From an uncultured Gammaproteobacteria bacterium (lineage in GTDB: Bacteria > Patescibacteriota > Patescibacteriia > UBA11705), in contig CAZQEI010000006.1 in NCBI GenBank assembly GCA_964592195.1, forward strand, positions 1-61,202: 61,202 bases of DNA, in the 5' to 3' direction. Shown in pieces: positions 32,986 to 43,231 of this stretch (positions within the stretch are counted from its first letter, which is position 1; each line of letters starts with the position of its first letter). The notes under the pieces were generated by a model. The model was given only the letters and a program-made list of their open reading frames with translations, did no database searches and was not told the DNA's origin. The position numbers were made by a program, and so were the translations under genes.

Positions 32986-33520
32986 TATCGGGTGAATCAA
33001 GAAAATTCTCTTGTTCATCGTAGGGAATGTGATCCCAGTATTTTTTGATTTGAGAATTCTCGAACTTAATAAAATCTTTTACGACTTGAACAATTTTGGG
33101 TTTGTCATAGCCAGCGTCTTTGAGCCGTTGTTCCCAGTCATGAAGAACTGGATGAAAATCCACGATATGTTCTTGATGTTCTTCATCCGGATCGCTGTAA
33201 TCATGGGTATCTTCGGAAAATGCTCTAGTGAAGATGACGGTGTCGGTTGAATAAATTTTAATTCCTTCGATTATCACAAAGGGACGAACCATGTAGGGAC
33301 CAGAGTGGCCATCAGATGGATAAGTGTCAGCATCGTCAACTAAGTCTTTGATCAAGGCTGATTCGTAAGCAGTTTCGCGTTTAGAATAATGGGGAGCAAG
33401 GTCTGGGAATCTTTCAATCAGTTTTTCCACTTTTTTAAAATGTTCCACTCGCGCATGAAGTTGTTTGCGATCTCGTTCTTTCCATATCGTCGCTATTTGT
33501 TCAGGAGTCGAAGTATTCAT
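32981..33520 (-). CDS. Hypothetical protein (179 aa)
   Basis: GGGGAAATG RBS context; somewhat GC-richer; ERFPDL segment similar to the 53942 and 54420 products. Confidence 0.5.
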   Translation of the reverse strand: MNTSTPEQIATIWKERDRKQLHARVEHFKKVEKLIERFPDLAPHYSKRETAYESALIKDLVDDADTYPSDGHSGPYMVRPFVIIEGIKIYSTDTVIFTRAFSEDTHDYSDPDEEHQEHIVDFHPVLHDWEQRLKDAGYDKPKIVQVVKDFIKFENSQIKKYWDHIPYDEQENFLDSPDT

Positions 33521-33644
33521 TTCCCCTCGTTGTCAATGAGCATGTTTATTCTAGGTAAATATTCTTTAATTGTCAAAATACCTTGCTTTACTTTAAAGTG
33601 ATAATTAAGTAAAATAGATATATAATCGTATAACAAAAACAAGT

Positions 33645-34175
33645 ATGGCAACTGAGATTGAGTTGAGGATTTTGAATATTAATGTTGAAGAAATTAAACA
33701 AAAACTTGAATTATTAGGGGCTGAGAAGGTAGGTGAAGCGCAACAGCGCAGATATGTGTATGATTTTACCCCGAAGAAGGAAAATAGTTGGGTTCGTTTG
33801 CGTACCAACGGCAAGAAAACAACTTTAACTATCAAAGAGATAAATAATGATACTATTGATGGAACTGAAGAACTGGAAGTTGAAGTGAGTGATTTTGATG
33901 AAACCAATTCAATCCTTGCCAAGCTTGGTTATTCCCCGAGAAACTATCAGGAAAATAATCGTATTAGTTATAAATTGGATGGAGTAGACATTGAAATAGA
34001 TTCTTGGCCGTTGATCCCAACTTATTTAGAGGTCGAAGGCAGCTCTATTGAAGAAGTTGAAGCGATTGTTAAGAAGTTGGGATTTACCATGGAACAAACA
34101 ACAGCGATTAATACGATTAAAATTTATAAACAATACGGTATTGATTTGGATTCTATTAAAGAACTAAAATTTTAA
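33645..34175 (+). CDS. CYTH-domain protein (class IV adenylate cyclase / triphosphatase fold)
   Basis: N-terminal EIELRIL (ExExK-like) and alternating beta pattern; ~176 aa, typical of CyaB-like proteins. Confidence 0.65.
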   Translation: MATEIELRILNINVEEIKQKLELLGAEKVGEAQQRRYVYDFTPKKENSWVRLRTNGKKTTLTIKEINNDTIDGTEELEVEVSDFDETNSILAKLGYSPRNYQENNRISYKLDGVDIEIDSWPLIPTYLEVEGSSIEEVEAIVKKLGFTMEQTTAINTIKIYKQYGIDLDSIKELKF

Positions 34176-34194
34176 AATATTTAATAACAAATTT

Positions 34195-35022
34195 ATGGCG
34201 GAAAAATTTATTGCTGATTCCTCTGGTGTAGTTATTAATAATGTTCTCGTTCAAAAAAACGAGGGCGTGAAAACAGTTGACAATTCAAATCGTGAAGTGA
34301 AGGTTGGAGAGGTGTTTGTTTTTCCTGGTGAGGCAGGCGGGGGTTGGCAAAAACTAGTGAAACCAAGAAAGTATGGCGACTATAGTTTGGATATTGCAGG
34401 GCTCGATGATGGTAATAATGTAAAAGTTTTGAAAGTAGTAAGTCCAGAGCGCATTATCTGCGAGTATTGTAGTCATGATACATCTCAAGATGGTGGGTCC
34501 AGGATGATGGATGGTGAAAAATTCTATGTATCAAAAGAGATCTTGTTGGAATGGGAAAGAATTATGAATGATCCAATGCGTGAATCAAAATTGAAACAAA
34601 AAAAATACAAAGAAATGATTAATAAAAGCGAGAGATATTTTGAAAACAATTATAAAATGACAAGTATCTCAAGAATGTCTGAGGATAGTGAATTAGAAAA
34701 AAAAAGAACAGAAGGACTTGCTGCTTATGTTTTTCAGTGGCAATCTGAATCGCATGAGTATGAAGAACAAATAAAAATCGGTGATATTATTTCAGTTGTT
34801 AAACCAATTTGGCTTACAAAAGCAAATATGGCTTCTGAATATTATTACCTATCATTGCTTGAGAAGGATGCAACCTTAAAGGTAGTTGGATTCTCGAAGA
34901 AATATGGTATTTTGTGTCGATATAATTCAGATAATAAAATAGACAGGGGGACACCGGCTGTAGATGGTGATTTTTACTTTTTGGATGGTCAAGCATTGTT
35001 AAAATTAAAAAACAATAAATAA
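34195..35022 (+). CDS. Hypothetical protein (275 aa)
   Basis: ORF only. Confidence 0.5.
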   Translation: MAEKFIADSSGVVINNVLVQKNEGVKTVDNSNREVKVGEVFVFPGEAGGGWQKLVKPRKYGDYSLDIAGLDDGNNVKVLKVVSPERIICEYCSHDTSQDGGSRMMDGEKFYVSKEILLEWERIMNDPMRESKLKQKKYKEMINKSERYFENNYKMTSISRMSEDSELEKKRTEGLAAYVFQWQSESHEYEEQIKIGDIISVVKPIWLTKANMASEYYYLSLLEKDATLKVVGFSKKYGILCRYNSDNKIDRGTPAVDGDFYFLDGQALLKLKNNK

Positions 35023-35051
35023 TTAGTAGTTATATTATTAATTGAAATTTC

Positions 35052-36638
35052 ATGAAAAAAGACATACCTCGTCTCGAGTTAATTAAAGAAGATGAACAAC
35101 CAACCTTTCCTAACAGAATAAAATACGCCACTCGTTTGCGTGAGCTTGGCTATGAGGGAAATGCTCAGGCTTTTGAGAAAGCCATTGAAATAGCTGAAGC
35201 CATGAGAGACGCTGGGGGGCGGGCGTTATTTGTCGGTGGCAGTGTGCGTGATACTATTGCCGGTAATGTGCCGAAGGATTTTGATTTGGAAGTTTATGGT
35301 TTGAAACCTGATGAGATAAAATCAATATTATTAAAAATGGGAGAAATAACTGAGGCGGGAAAACAATTCGCGGTGATTAAATTTCACGTTTTACCCGGAT
35401 ATGATGTTGATGTCTCAGTGCCAAGGAAAGATTCTAAAGCAGGCAAAGGTCATAGTGACGTAGACGTTGAACTTGATCCGAATATGTCGATTCAAGAAGC
35501 AGCACGGCGTCGCGACTTTACTATGAATTCGCTAGCGGCTGATCCGTTTACCGGTGAGATTTATGATTATTATGGTGGCGTTGATGATATCCGTCATCGA
35601 ATTCTAAGGGCCACGGACAAAGTGTTGTTTAAAGACGATGCTTTGCGAGTTATGCGAGCGGTGCAATTTGTTGGTCGACTGGGTCTGCAAATTGAACCAG
35701 AAACATTACAACTCATTCAAGAAACTATTCCAGATTTGAAAAACATTTCCAAAGAAAGATTTCTGGAAGAATGGGGGAAGATGTTATTAAAGTCCGAAAA
35801 ACCTTCAATCGCTTTAACTGTTGGTATGACATTGGGAGTTTTTCAAGAAACTAATCCTGAATTGGTGCTGTTACAACAAACACCGCAAGAACCGGATTGG
35901 CATCCTGAGGGCAATGTCTGGATTCATACTTTAATGGTGGTAGATGAAGCGGCGAAAATTGTAAGACGCGAACAATTGAATGATGATGAAGCCTTTATAA
36001 TTTTGTTGGCTGCGCTCTGTCATGATTTTGGTAAACCATTGGTAACTGAAACTAGTTCTGAAGGACGAATTATTTCGCATAAACATGAGGCCGCTGGTGA
36101 AGAACCTACGAAAAAGTTTTTAACTGCGATTGGTGTGCCGGAGAAAAAGAAAGATGTGATTGTAAAACTGGTTATGGAACATTTAGCTCCTTCGTTCTTA
36201 TATTTAGAAGAAACTGTTAAAAATAATCCGATTAAAGATGGTGCTATTCGTCGTCTGGCTACTCGTTTACATCCAGCCACTGTGCAACAATTAGTTTTGG
36301 TTTGCGAAGCTGACCACATGGGGCGCGGTTCGTTTGAGGCTCCAGAGTTAAAAGAACAGTTAACATTGAATCCTAAAATCTTTGAACCGGGTGAATGGTT
36401 GTTGGAGCGTGCTAAGAAACTGGAAATCCAAGCTAGTAAACCAGCGAATTTAACCAATGGAAAAGATTGGGCGGTCATGGGTTTCAAACAAGGTATTTCG
36501 ATTGGCCAGTTAATTCGTTTGTCTAATGACTTGCGAGATGATAAAGGTTTAACTAAAGAAGAAGTATTTAAATTAGTGATTGATTGCAAGAAGGCGGAAG
36601 AAGCGGTTGAGATATTAGAAAAAGAATTAATGCGTTGA
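35052..36638 (+). CDS. cca: CCA-adding enzyme / poly(A) polymerase family with HD domain
   Basis: GGSVRDTIAGNVPKDFDLEV, RRDFTMNS, and the HD segment LCHDFGKP. Confidence 0.85.
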   Translation: MKKDIPRLELIKEDEQPTFPNRIKYATRLRELGYEGNAQAFEKAIEIAEAMRDAGGRALFVGGSVRDTIAGNVPKDFDLEVYGLKPDEIKSILLKMGEITEAGKQFAVIKFHVLPGYDVDVSVPRKDSKAGKGHSDVDVELDPNMSIQEAARRRDFTMNSLAADPFTGEIYDYYGGVDDIRHRILRATDKVLFKDDALRVMRAVQFVGRLGLQIEPETLQLIQETIPDLKNISKERFLEEWGKMLLKSEKPSIALTVGMTLGVFQETNPELVLLQQTPQEPDWHPEGNVWIHTLMVVDEAAKIVRREQLNDDEAFIILLAALCHDFGKPLVTETSSEGRIISHKHEAAGEEPTKKFLTAIGVPEKKKDVIVKLVMEHLAPSFLYLEETVKNNPIKDGAIRRLATRLHPATVQQLVLVCEADHMGRGSFEAPELKEQLTLNPKIFEPGEWLLERAKKLEIQASKPANLTNGKDWAVMGFKQGISIGQLIRLSNDLRDDKGLTKEEVFKLVIDCKKAEEAVEILEKELMR

Positions 36639-36665
36639 TCAATGGTCAATGATCCATGATCAATG
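36634..36665. repeat. Family C repeat (GATCAATG words)
   Basis: GTTGATCAATGGTCAATGATCCATGATCAATG. Related copies at 1179-1210 and 44444-44476. It spans the cca stop and the SDR start. Confidence 0.7.
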
Positions 36666-37349
36666 AAAAATATGAAAATAAAAAACAAAGTCGTAGTAAT
36701 TACCGGTGCCAGCAAAGGTTTAGGTTTGGAAATGGCCAAGGAGTTTTTAGCGCAAAACTATTTTGTAGTTGGTTGCTCGAGACAAGCGTCAGATTTTACT
36801 AAAACTGAAGATATTCGTTTTTTTCCGTTTGAAGCTGATGTTACTGATGAACAGGCAATGAAAATTTTACGTGAAAAAGTGGTTAAACAATTCGGACAGA
36901 TTGATATTTGGATTAATAACGCCGGAGTCTGGATTCCGCATTCACCCTTTGAAAAAATTACCAAGATGCAATTACATGCCATGATTTCAGTTAATTTTTT
37001 GGGCACATTTATCGGCTGTCGCGAAGCGTATGCGGCGATGAAAAAGAAGAAACAAGGTACGATTGTAAATATTATATCCACGAGCGCACTCGAAGGCCGT
37101 CCATTTTCTTCCGGCTATTGCGCATCCAAGTTTGCTCAAGATGGATTTACTAAATCAATTCAAGGTGAACTAAAAGATAAAAACATAAAAGTTCTAGGAG
37201 TTTATCCTGGTGCGATGCAAACCGCGTTGTTTGGAAAAAAGCATCCGGTGGGATATTCTGAATTCATGGATACCAACAAAGTCGCCAAGAAAATTGTTAA
37301 GTTTGTTATTGATCCAAAGTCTGATCGTTTAGTGATTAAGAAAATTTAA
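36663..37349 (+). CDS. Short-chain dehydrogenase/reductase (SDR)
   Basis: TGASKGLG cofactor motif, NNAG, and catalytic YCASKFA. Confidence 0.85.
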   Translation: MKNMKIKNKVVVITGASKGLGLEMAKEFLAQNYFVVGCSRQASDFTKTEDIRFFPFEADVTDEQAMKILREKVVKQFGQIDIWINNAGVWIPHSPFEKITKMQLHAMISVNFLGTFIGCREAYAAMKKKKQGTIVNIISTSALEGRPFSSGYCASKFAQDGFTKSIQGELKDKNIKVLGVYPGAMQTALFGKKHPVGYSEFMDTNKVAKKIVKFVIDPKSDRLVIKKI

Positions 37350-37461
37350 GCTACCAATAACGAATCGGCTACAAATCTACGAATTTTGAAACGCAAATTT
37401 ATGTTTATTAAAAGTTTGCGTATTCGTTGATTCGTAGCAAATATGTCATTCGTAGGTAACC
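37350..37461. repeat. Family D-related spacer (GCTACCAATAACGAAT leader, ACGAAT words)
   Basis: Shares GCTACCAATAACGAAT..GCTAC with 2189. Contains the inverted pair AACGCAAA...TTTGCGT. Confidence 0.6.
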
Positions 37462-37470
37462 ATTAATATT

Positions 37471-40425
37471 GTGAATAAACTTCAACCCAACGAAAACCAA
37501 CAACAAGCCATCACTCACGGGGAAGGGCCACTTTTGATTGTGGCTGGCGCGGGAACTGGAAAGACTCGCGTTATCACGGAAAGAATTGCTCATCTGGTGT
37601 TAAACGAGAGAGCTAAGGTTAATGAAATATTAGCTTTAACTTTTACGGAGAAAGCGGCGCAAGAAATGGAAGAACGTGTCGATGTTTTGTTACCATACGG
37701 TTATGTGGATACTTGGATTTCCACTTTCCACTCTTTTTGCGACAAAGTTTTGAAACGCCACGCCTTGGATATTGGTTTAAACCCGAATTACAAGTTAATT
37801 GATGAAACAGCGGCGTGGTTAATGATTCGTAAAAATTTAAAACGTTTTCCATTAGATTATTACCGACCGATGGGATATCCGACCAAGTATATACATGCTT
37901 TGTTAAAACATTTTTCCCGTTGTAAAGATGAAGGAATATTAGCGGCTGATTATTTGAAATATGCTGAAGAATTAAAGTTGAATACTGATAATGCCGACTT
38001 CATTAAAGAACTAGAAATTAAAGATGTTGAAGATAAAGATGAAATGGTAAAACAAGAAATTTTACGAATTAACGAAATTGCTGAGGCTTATCATGTCTAC
38101 CAACAATTATTATTGGAGAATAATTTTTTGGATTTTGCCGATTTGATTATTTATACTTTAAAATTATTAAAAGAACGACCATTAATCTTGAATTATTATC
38201 GTCAAAGATTTAAATATATTCTGGTGGATGAATATCAAGACACTAATTACATTCAAAATGAATTAATCAAACTTCTAGCCGCGCCAAAAAACAATTTGAC
38301 GGTAGTAGGGGATGATGATCAAAGTATTTACCGTTTCCGTGGTTCTTCTATTGAAAACATTATGGAATTTATGAATGATTTTCCAGATGCGAAAAAGGTG
38401 GTGTTAACGAAGAATTATCGTTCAGCGCAAGAAGTGCTGGATAAGTCTTACCAGTTTATCAAACAAAACGATCCTCACCGATTGGAAGTAACTTTGAATA
38501 TTGATAAGAAACTTCAATCTGAATCTGGTATTACAGGCGCAGTTGAACATTTGCATTTTGATACTGTTGAAAACGAAGCATTGGGTGTGATCAATAAGAT
38601 TGTTCAAGTTAAAAAGTTGAATAACGAATTAACTTGGTCTGACTTTGCAATTTTAGTTCGAGCAAACGATTCAGCTGAACGTTTTATCAATGCTTTGAAT
38701 CAAGCGCAAATTCCCAATCAATTTTTATCTTTACGTGGTTTGTATAATAAGCCGTTAATTTTGGATGTTGTCAGTTATTTTAAATTGCTGGATAACTATC
38801 ATGAGAACCGTGCTATTTTTCGAGTGTTGAATTTACCGTTTAGCAGAGTAAGCTATGCTGATCTGATTTTGATTAATAATTATTCCAGTCGTAAAGCGAT
38901 TAGCTTGTACGAAACTTTAAAACAAATTACATTAGTGCCAAATATTACTGATGCCACAGTTAAAGCAGCCAATAATTTAATCTCCATGATCGCCAAACAC
39001 ACGGCTATGGTGAAAGATAAGAAGGCCAGTGAAATAATGTATGACTTTTTGTATTCTTCCGGTTATGTTGAATTTTTAAAAGATAAAAACGATAAAGAAC
39101 ATTTTGAAGCTCTTCGACAGGCTGATCAATTCTATCAAAAAATAAAAAATCTCGAATCAGAAGGCGAGATTGATGGTCTAAAAGATTTTGTTGAATTGTT
39201 TGACTTGGAATTGGAAGCTGGGGAAACCGGAGCTTTGCGTTTAAGCTTGGACGAAGGTCCGGATATGGTGAGAATTTTAACTGTCCATAGTGCCAAAGGC
39301 CTGGAGTTTAAATATGTTTTCATTGTTAACTTGGTTGATCGTAAATTTCCAACGGATGAACGTCGCGATCCAATTCGCATTCCCGAAGCATTGTTACGAG
39401 AAAAATTACCGGTTGGCGATTTCCACATTGAAGAAGAACGCCGCTTATTCTATGTAGCTATGACTCGTGCTAAACAAGGTTTGTATTTCACTTCAGCTGA
39501 TGATTACGGTGGAGCGAGAGCGAAGAAGTTGTCGAGGTTTTTGGTGGAACTTGGATATGTGAGTCAAGAAAACAAGAAAGCAAAAAAACAAGAAAGCAAT
39601 TCAATGCCTGAGAAAATAGCAACGAAAAAAGATATTAATTTTGAAATTGAAGTGCCGAAGAAGTTTAGTTTTTCCAGTTTAAGTATGTACAGTAAGTGTC
39701 CATATCAATTTTATTTAGGGAAAATATTGGGATTGCCGACGCCAACTAAATATCCTTTAGTTTTCGGTGATGCTGTTCATCGCACTTTAAAAGATTTTGT
39801 GGAGCAATCAGCCTTGAAAGTTAAAATTCAAGCTGGTTTGTTTGATTCACCTGAAAGTGAAAAGCCTCAAATAATGAGTTTGCCTGATTTAAAAGAGTTG
39901 TTTAAAAAATATTGGGTGGAAGATTGGTTCCATACTGCGGAACAAAGACAAGAATATTTTGATTTAGCCATGGAAATAATGACAAACTTTCACGCCGACT
40001 TTTCTGCCACCCCCCCAAATGTGATGCACCTTGAGGTACCTTTTAGTATTAATTTGGGACAATATAAAATCAATGGACGAATTGACCGAATTGACGAAGT
40101 TGATGGTGGTGTGGAAATTATTGATTACAAAACTGGACAAGCTAAGGGCGATGATATGAGTCCAGAGGATAAACAACAAGTTTTGCTTTATCAAATTGTC
40201 GCTGAAGAAGTATTGCATGTTAAACCTGTGAAATTAACCTACTATTACTTGAACGATAGCAAACGGGTGACATTCTTGGGTAATGAAAAGCAGAAGGATA
40301 AATTAAAACAAGATTGGTTGGAAATAATTGATCAAATTCACAAGCGACAATTTACTGCCACTCCAAATGAATTTGCTTGCACGTTCTGTGATTTTAAGAG
40401 TATTTGTGAGTTTAGGAAATTATAG
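37471..40425 (+). CDS. UvrD/PcrA-type helicase fused to a C-terminal PD-(D/E)XK (Cas4/AddB-like, Cys-cluster) nuclease
   Basis: AGAGTGKT, DEYQDTN, VHSAKGLEF, YVAMTRAK. The C-terminus has CPYQFY, GRIDRID...IIDYKTG, QVLLYQ and CTFCDFKSIC. Confidence 0.9.
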   Translation: MNKLQPNENQQQAITHGEGPLLIVAGAGTGKTRVITERIAHLVLNERAKVNEILALTFTEKAAQEMEERVDVLLPYGYVDTWISTFHSFCDKVLKRHALDIGLNPNYKLIDETAAWLMIRKNLKRFPLDYYRPMGYPTKYIHALLKHFSRCKDEGILAADYLKYAEELKLNTDNADFIKELEIKDVEDKDEMVKQEILRINEIAEAYHVYQQLLLENNFLDFADLIIYTLKLLKERPLILNYYRQRFKYILVDEYQDTNYIQNELIKLLAAPKNNLTVVGDDDQSIYRFRGSSIENIMEFMNDFPDAKKVVLTKNYRSAQEVLDKSYQFIKQNDPHRLEVTLNIDKKLQSESGITGAVEHLHFDTVENEALGVINKIVQVKKLNNELTWSDFAILVRANDSAERFINALNQAQIPNQFLSLRGLYNKPLILDVVSYFKLLDNYHENRAIFRVLNLPFSRVSYADLILINNYSSRKAISLYETLKQITLVPNITDATVKAANNLISMIAKHTAMVKDKKASEIMYDFLYSSGYVEFLKDKNDKEHFEALRQADQFYQKIKNLESEGEIDGLKDFVELFDLELEAGETGALRLSLDEGPDMVRILTVHSAKGLEFKYVFIVNLVDRKFPTDERRDPIRIPEALLREKLPVGDFHIEEERRLFYVAMTRAKQGLYFTSADDYGGARAKKLSRFLVELGYVSQENKKAKKQESNSMPEKIATKKDINFEIEVPKKFSFSSLSMYSKCPYQFYLGKILGLPTPTKYPLVFGDAVHRTLKDFVEQSALKVKIQAGLFDSPESEKPQIMSLPDLKELFKKYWVEDWFHTAEQRQEYFDLAMEIMTNFHADFSATPPNVMHLEVPFSINLGQYKINGRIDRIDEVDGGVEIIDYKTGQAKGDDMSPEDKQQVLLYQIVAEEVLHVKPVKLTYYYLNDSKRVTFLGNEKQKDKLKQDWLEIIDQIHKRQFTATPNEFACTFCDFKSICEFRKL

Positions 40426-40446
40426 TTTCTATTCGTCAATTACTTC

Positions 40447-40530
40447 AACAAGGGGTCTTGACCCCTTGCATAATCAACTTTTCTGTAGAAGTAATTGGGT
40501 ATTTTTATCAAGGGGTCAAGACCCCTTGTT
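40447..40530. repeat. Nested palindromes (CAAGGGGTC-nn-GACCCCTTG twice)
   Basis: CAATTACTTC ... GAAGTAATTG encloses CAAGGGGTCTTGACCCCTTG. A second copy, CAAGGGGTCAAGACCCCTTG, lies ~50 nt downstream. Confidence 0.8.
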
Positions 40531-40580
40531 CACATGGACAGAGGTCCCTGTGTGATTACAATTGTAATTGCTAGTTAATT

Positions 40581-40607
40581 AAAAAAGATGGCCGGTTGGT
40601 CATCTTT
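40581..40607 (-). terminator. Hairpin terminator for the 40614 gene
   Basis: Minus strand: AAAGATG-10 nt-CATCTTT followed by a T-run. Confidence 0.5.
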
Positions 40608-40613
40608 GCGTTA

Positions 40614-40976
40614 TCAACTACGGAAATAGTCATGAAAAGCCTGAATCAATGAATCAGGAGTGGAAAGCGGCGTAGCGACGAGCGCGACTTGCTCGTAGGA
40701 GCTGACGACTCGACAGAGATCTTTTTGGGCGATCAGGCACATGTCTTGGGCAAGATATTCCAGCAGAAGATCGGGTGGAGCGTGATGTTGTACCACTTCG
40801 AGCAATTCGAGCGCTTTTTGTAATGCCTTAATCGGATTGGCAATGACTATTCCATGATAAAAAAGAGCAGTAGAAGGTCGGCGTCCGCGGGACTGTTGCC
40901 AGCGAGCGTGGGCGACCACATATTGAGGTGAACCAGCTTTGAAACGCAAGACAGAAGTCTTACTCGTGCTTCGCAT
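40614..40976 (-). CDS. Hypothetical protein (120 aa), GC-richer
   Basis: GGAGAAGGAG RBS 7 nt before ATG 40976; no motif recognised. Confidence 0.45.
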   Translation of the reverse strand: MRSTSKTSVLRFKAGSPQYVVAHARWQQSRGRRPSTALFYHGIVIANPIKALQKALELLEVVQHHAPPDLLLEYLAQDMCLIAQKDLCRVVSSYEQVALVATPLSTPDSLIQAFHDYFRS

Positions 40977-41287
40977 GATGTACTCCTTCTCCCGCGTCAA
41001 GCGTGGGAATTCGGTGTTTTTGGTTCAAACTCTTTACGCCAATATCTTACCAGATTGGGGGGAAATGTCAAAATTTGTAAGCGAGATAAGCAAGAAAGCG
41101 AGATAAGTGCTAAGTTCAATGATACATATTGGTTATAGATTGCTGTACCTTGTTTCGATATCCATACTTGTCTCGCTTAGTACTTTCTTGCTTATCTCGC
41201 TTAACTTATCAACACCCGGCATTGGTAAAGATATAATAATAGTTTAAGATTCAAATGTTAGCTCTTTAACAACCAGTGGAGTGCCAC

Positions 41288-42871
41288 ATGACCATCCTTT
41301 CTCCAGACAAATTTGAATTGCGTGAATTCCAACAGGCGATTATTAAACAGATTACTGAAAATGAAAAAAGCGTGGGATTGGTTTTGCCGACTGCGGCGGG
41401 AAAAACACTCATTGCTATTAGCGTGGCTGATCATTATTATTCCAAGGGTAAAATTCTGTTCCTCGTTCCCAATACGCAACTCGGTAATCAACACTTACAA
41501 TCTGTTTTTGCGTTTACAAATTTAACGGCCAGAGATGCAGTTTGGTTATCTGGAGCGATTAAAAAAGAGAAGCGACCAGAATATTGGATGACTAGAAAGT
41601 TTTTCATTGCCACGCCGCAAACTGCTTGGAATGATATTAATAATGGGACTTTGGATTTATCAAAGTTTAGTTTAATCATTTTTGATGAAATGCATTTAGC
41701 TGGTGATGAATATGATTATGTTAACTTAGCTAGGCGGGCAAAAGAATTTAATATCGTTCGTCTCGGGTTAACAGCATCACCTGGTGGTAACTTAGTTAAA
41801 ATTGAAAGAATCCAGCATAATCTTGGTCTGGATGAATGGTGTATCCGCGTTGATTACGATGCTGAATTGAAAAAGTTTTCTTATCCCAAAGTTGAACGTC
41901 GAGAGCTTCTTGATTTAACACCCGATCAAAAACGATACGAGATGGCAATTATGGAATATTTGAATGAACTGTTTATTAAGTTTATGAAAGTTGGAGCCTT
42001 GCGATCACCGGTGCGGTTGTTGTCGGAAAAAGAATTGGAAATCTTGGCTAATCGTTTCAACCCCAGACGTAAAAGTGGCTATGATCAATTAACAGCTTCT
42101 CATCACTTTAGTTTGGTGGCTGAGTATTACAAGTTGAGATATTTGTTGTCATTGATTTTAACGACTAATTACTATTCAGCTTGGGAATATTTGATGGTCT
42201 TGCGCAAAGAAGGTTGGCCAACGAAGCCCAAGCCAAAAGCCGATGGTACCATTCCGGAAAAGAAAAAACCGGTACAAGCCAGTCGCCGGCTTTGCCAAGT
42301 GCCCAAATTAAAGCCTGTCTGGTTAGAAATAAAGGCGATGGTAACGGCTGGTCATGACTATCATCCAAAACTAGAAGCTTTATTGCAACTGATGGTCAAA
42401 GCTTCAGAAAAAAATGCGCAAGCGATTATTTTTTGTAATGATCGTAAAGGCCAAGCTGGTATTATGGATTATGTTACAAGAAATAATTCGGTTATTGCCA
42501 GCAAAACTGCAATGATAAATTCAGAATCAACCAAACGCGGTCGTGCTAAAAATCAAGAGACACTGACTAAGTTTACTGCCAAAGAGATTGAATTCTTAAT
42601 TAGCACGTCTATTCTTGAAGCTGGTGTTCACTTGCCCGAAGTTGATTATGTAGTTAATTATTCGATTCCGTTGGAAGAAAATACTACGATTCAACGGCGT
42701 GGCCGAGTTGGCAGAACTAAGATTGGACACATTTACTATTTGGCAGTTCGTTACCCCATGGATTTAAGCTTGCTCTTTGCCAATGCGGCGAAGATTACGA
42801 GAATGCAGAAAACGTTGAGAAATGAGAAATTGACGAGTGAGAAACAGTTGGTACTAGTGGAACAAGTTTAA
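41288..42871 (+). CDS. SF2 DEAH-type helicase (Hef/MPH1/RIG-I-like, COG1111-type) without a nuclease domain
   Basis: Motif I LPTAAGKT, motif II DEMH, motif III TASP, an insertion between the RecA lobes, and motif VI QRRGRVGR. Confidence 0.8.
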   Translation: MTILSPDKFELREFQQAIIKQITENEKSVGLVLPTAAGKTLIAISVADHYYSKGKILFLVPNTQLGNQHLQSVFAFTNLTARDAVWLSGAIKKEKRPEYWMTRKFFIATPQTAWNDINNGTLDLSKFSLIIFDEMHLAGDEYDYVNLARRAKEFNIVRLGLTASPGGNLVKIERIQHNLGLDEWCIRVDYDAELKKFSYPKVERRELLDLTPDQKRYEMAIMEYLNELFIKFMKVGALRSPVRLLSEKELEILANRFNPRRKSGYDQLTASHHFSLVAEYYKLRYLLSLILTTNYYSAWEYLMVLRKEGWPTKPKPKADGTIPEKKKPVQASRRLCQVPKLKPVWLEIKAMVTAGHDYHPKLEALLQLMVKASEKNAQAIIFCNDRKGQAGIMDYVTRNNSVIASKTAMINSESTKRGRAKNQETLTKFTAKEIEFLISTSILEAGVHLPEVDYVVNYSIPLEENTTIQRRGRVGRTKIGHIYYLAVRYPMDLSLLFANAAKITRMQKTLRNEKLTSEKQLVLVEQV

Positions 42872-42914
42872 TAAGTATGACAAGTGAAACAAGTACGAAA
42901 GAAAAAAATAAATA

Positions 42915-42936
42915 CCCCTAAAATAGGGGTTTTTTG
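42915..42936 (+). terminator. Rho-independent terminator
   Basis: ACCCCT-AAAT-AGGGGT then TTTTTT. Confidence 0.75.
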
Positions 42937-43231
42937 TTGAATCCAACTCTTCGCGTCCCTTGGCGCGAGGTAAAAACTTGCTGACCCCTAAAGGGGTCGA
43001 TAACGGGTAGACTATTCTTATCTCGGGCTTTAGCCCGAAGTCAAGATTATCAAGCTTTAACCATTTGAATATTGGGATTGATTATTCGAATTGTTTACCG
43101 CCACCTTTCACCAGAGGCTGACTAGAAGAAAGGTGACGATAAACGAAGAAGCGCTTGACATTAATGAGTCTTTATTATAAATTATGCTCAGTTCATTCCA
43201 TAACAGCCCCAGCGTGGGGTAGGAGGTGCTC

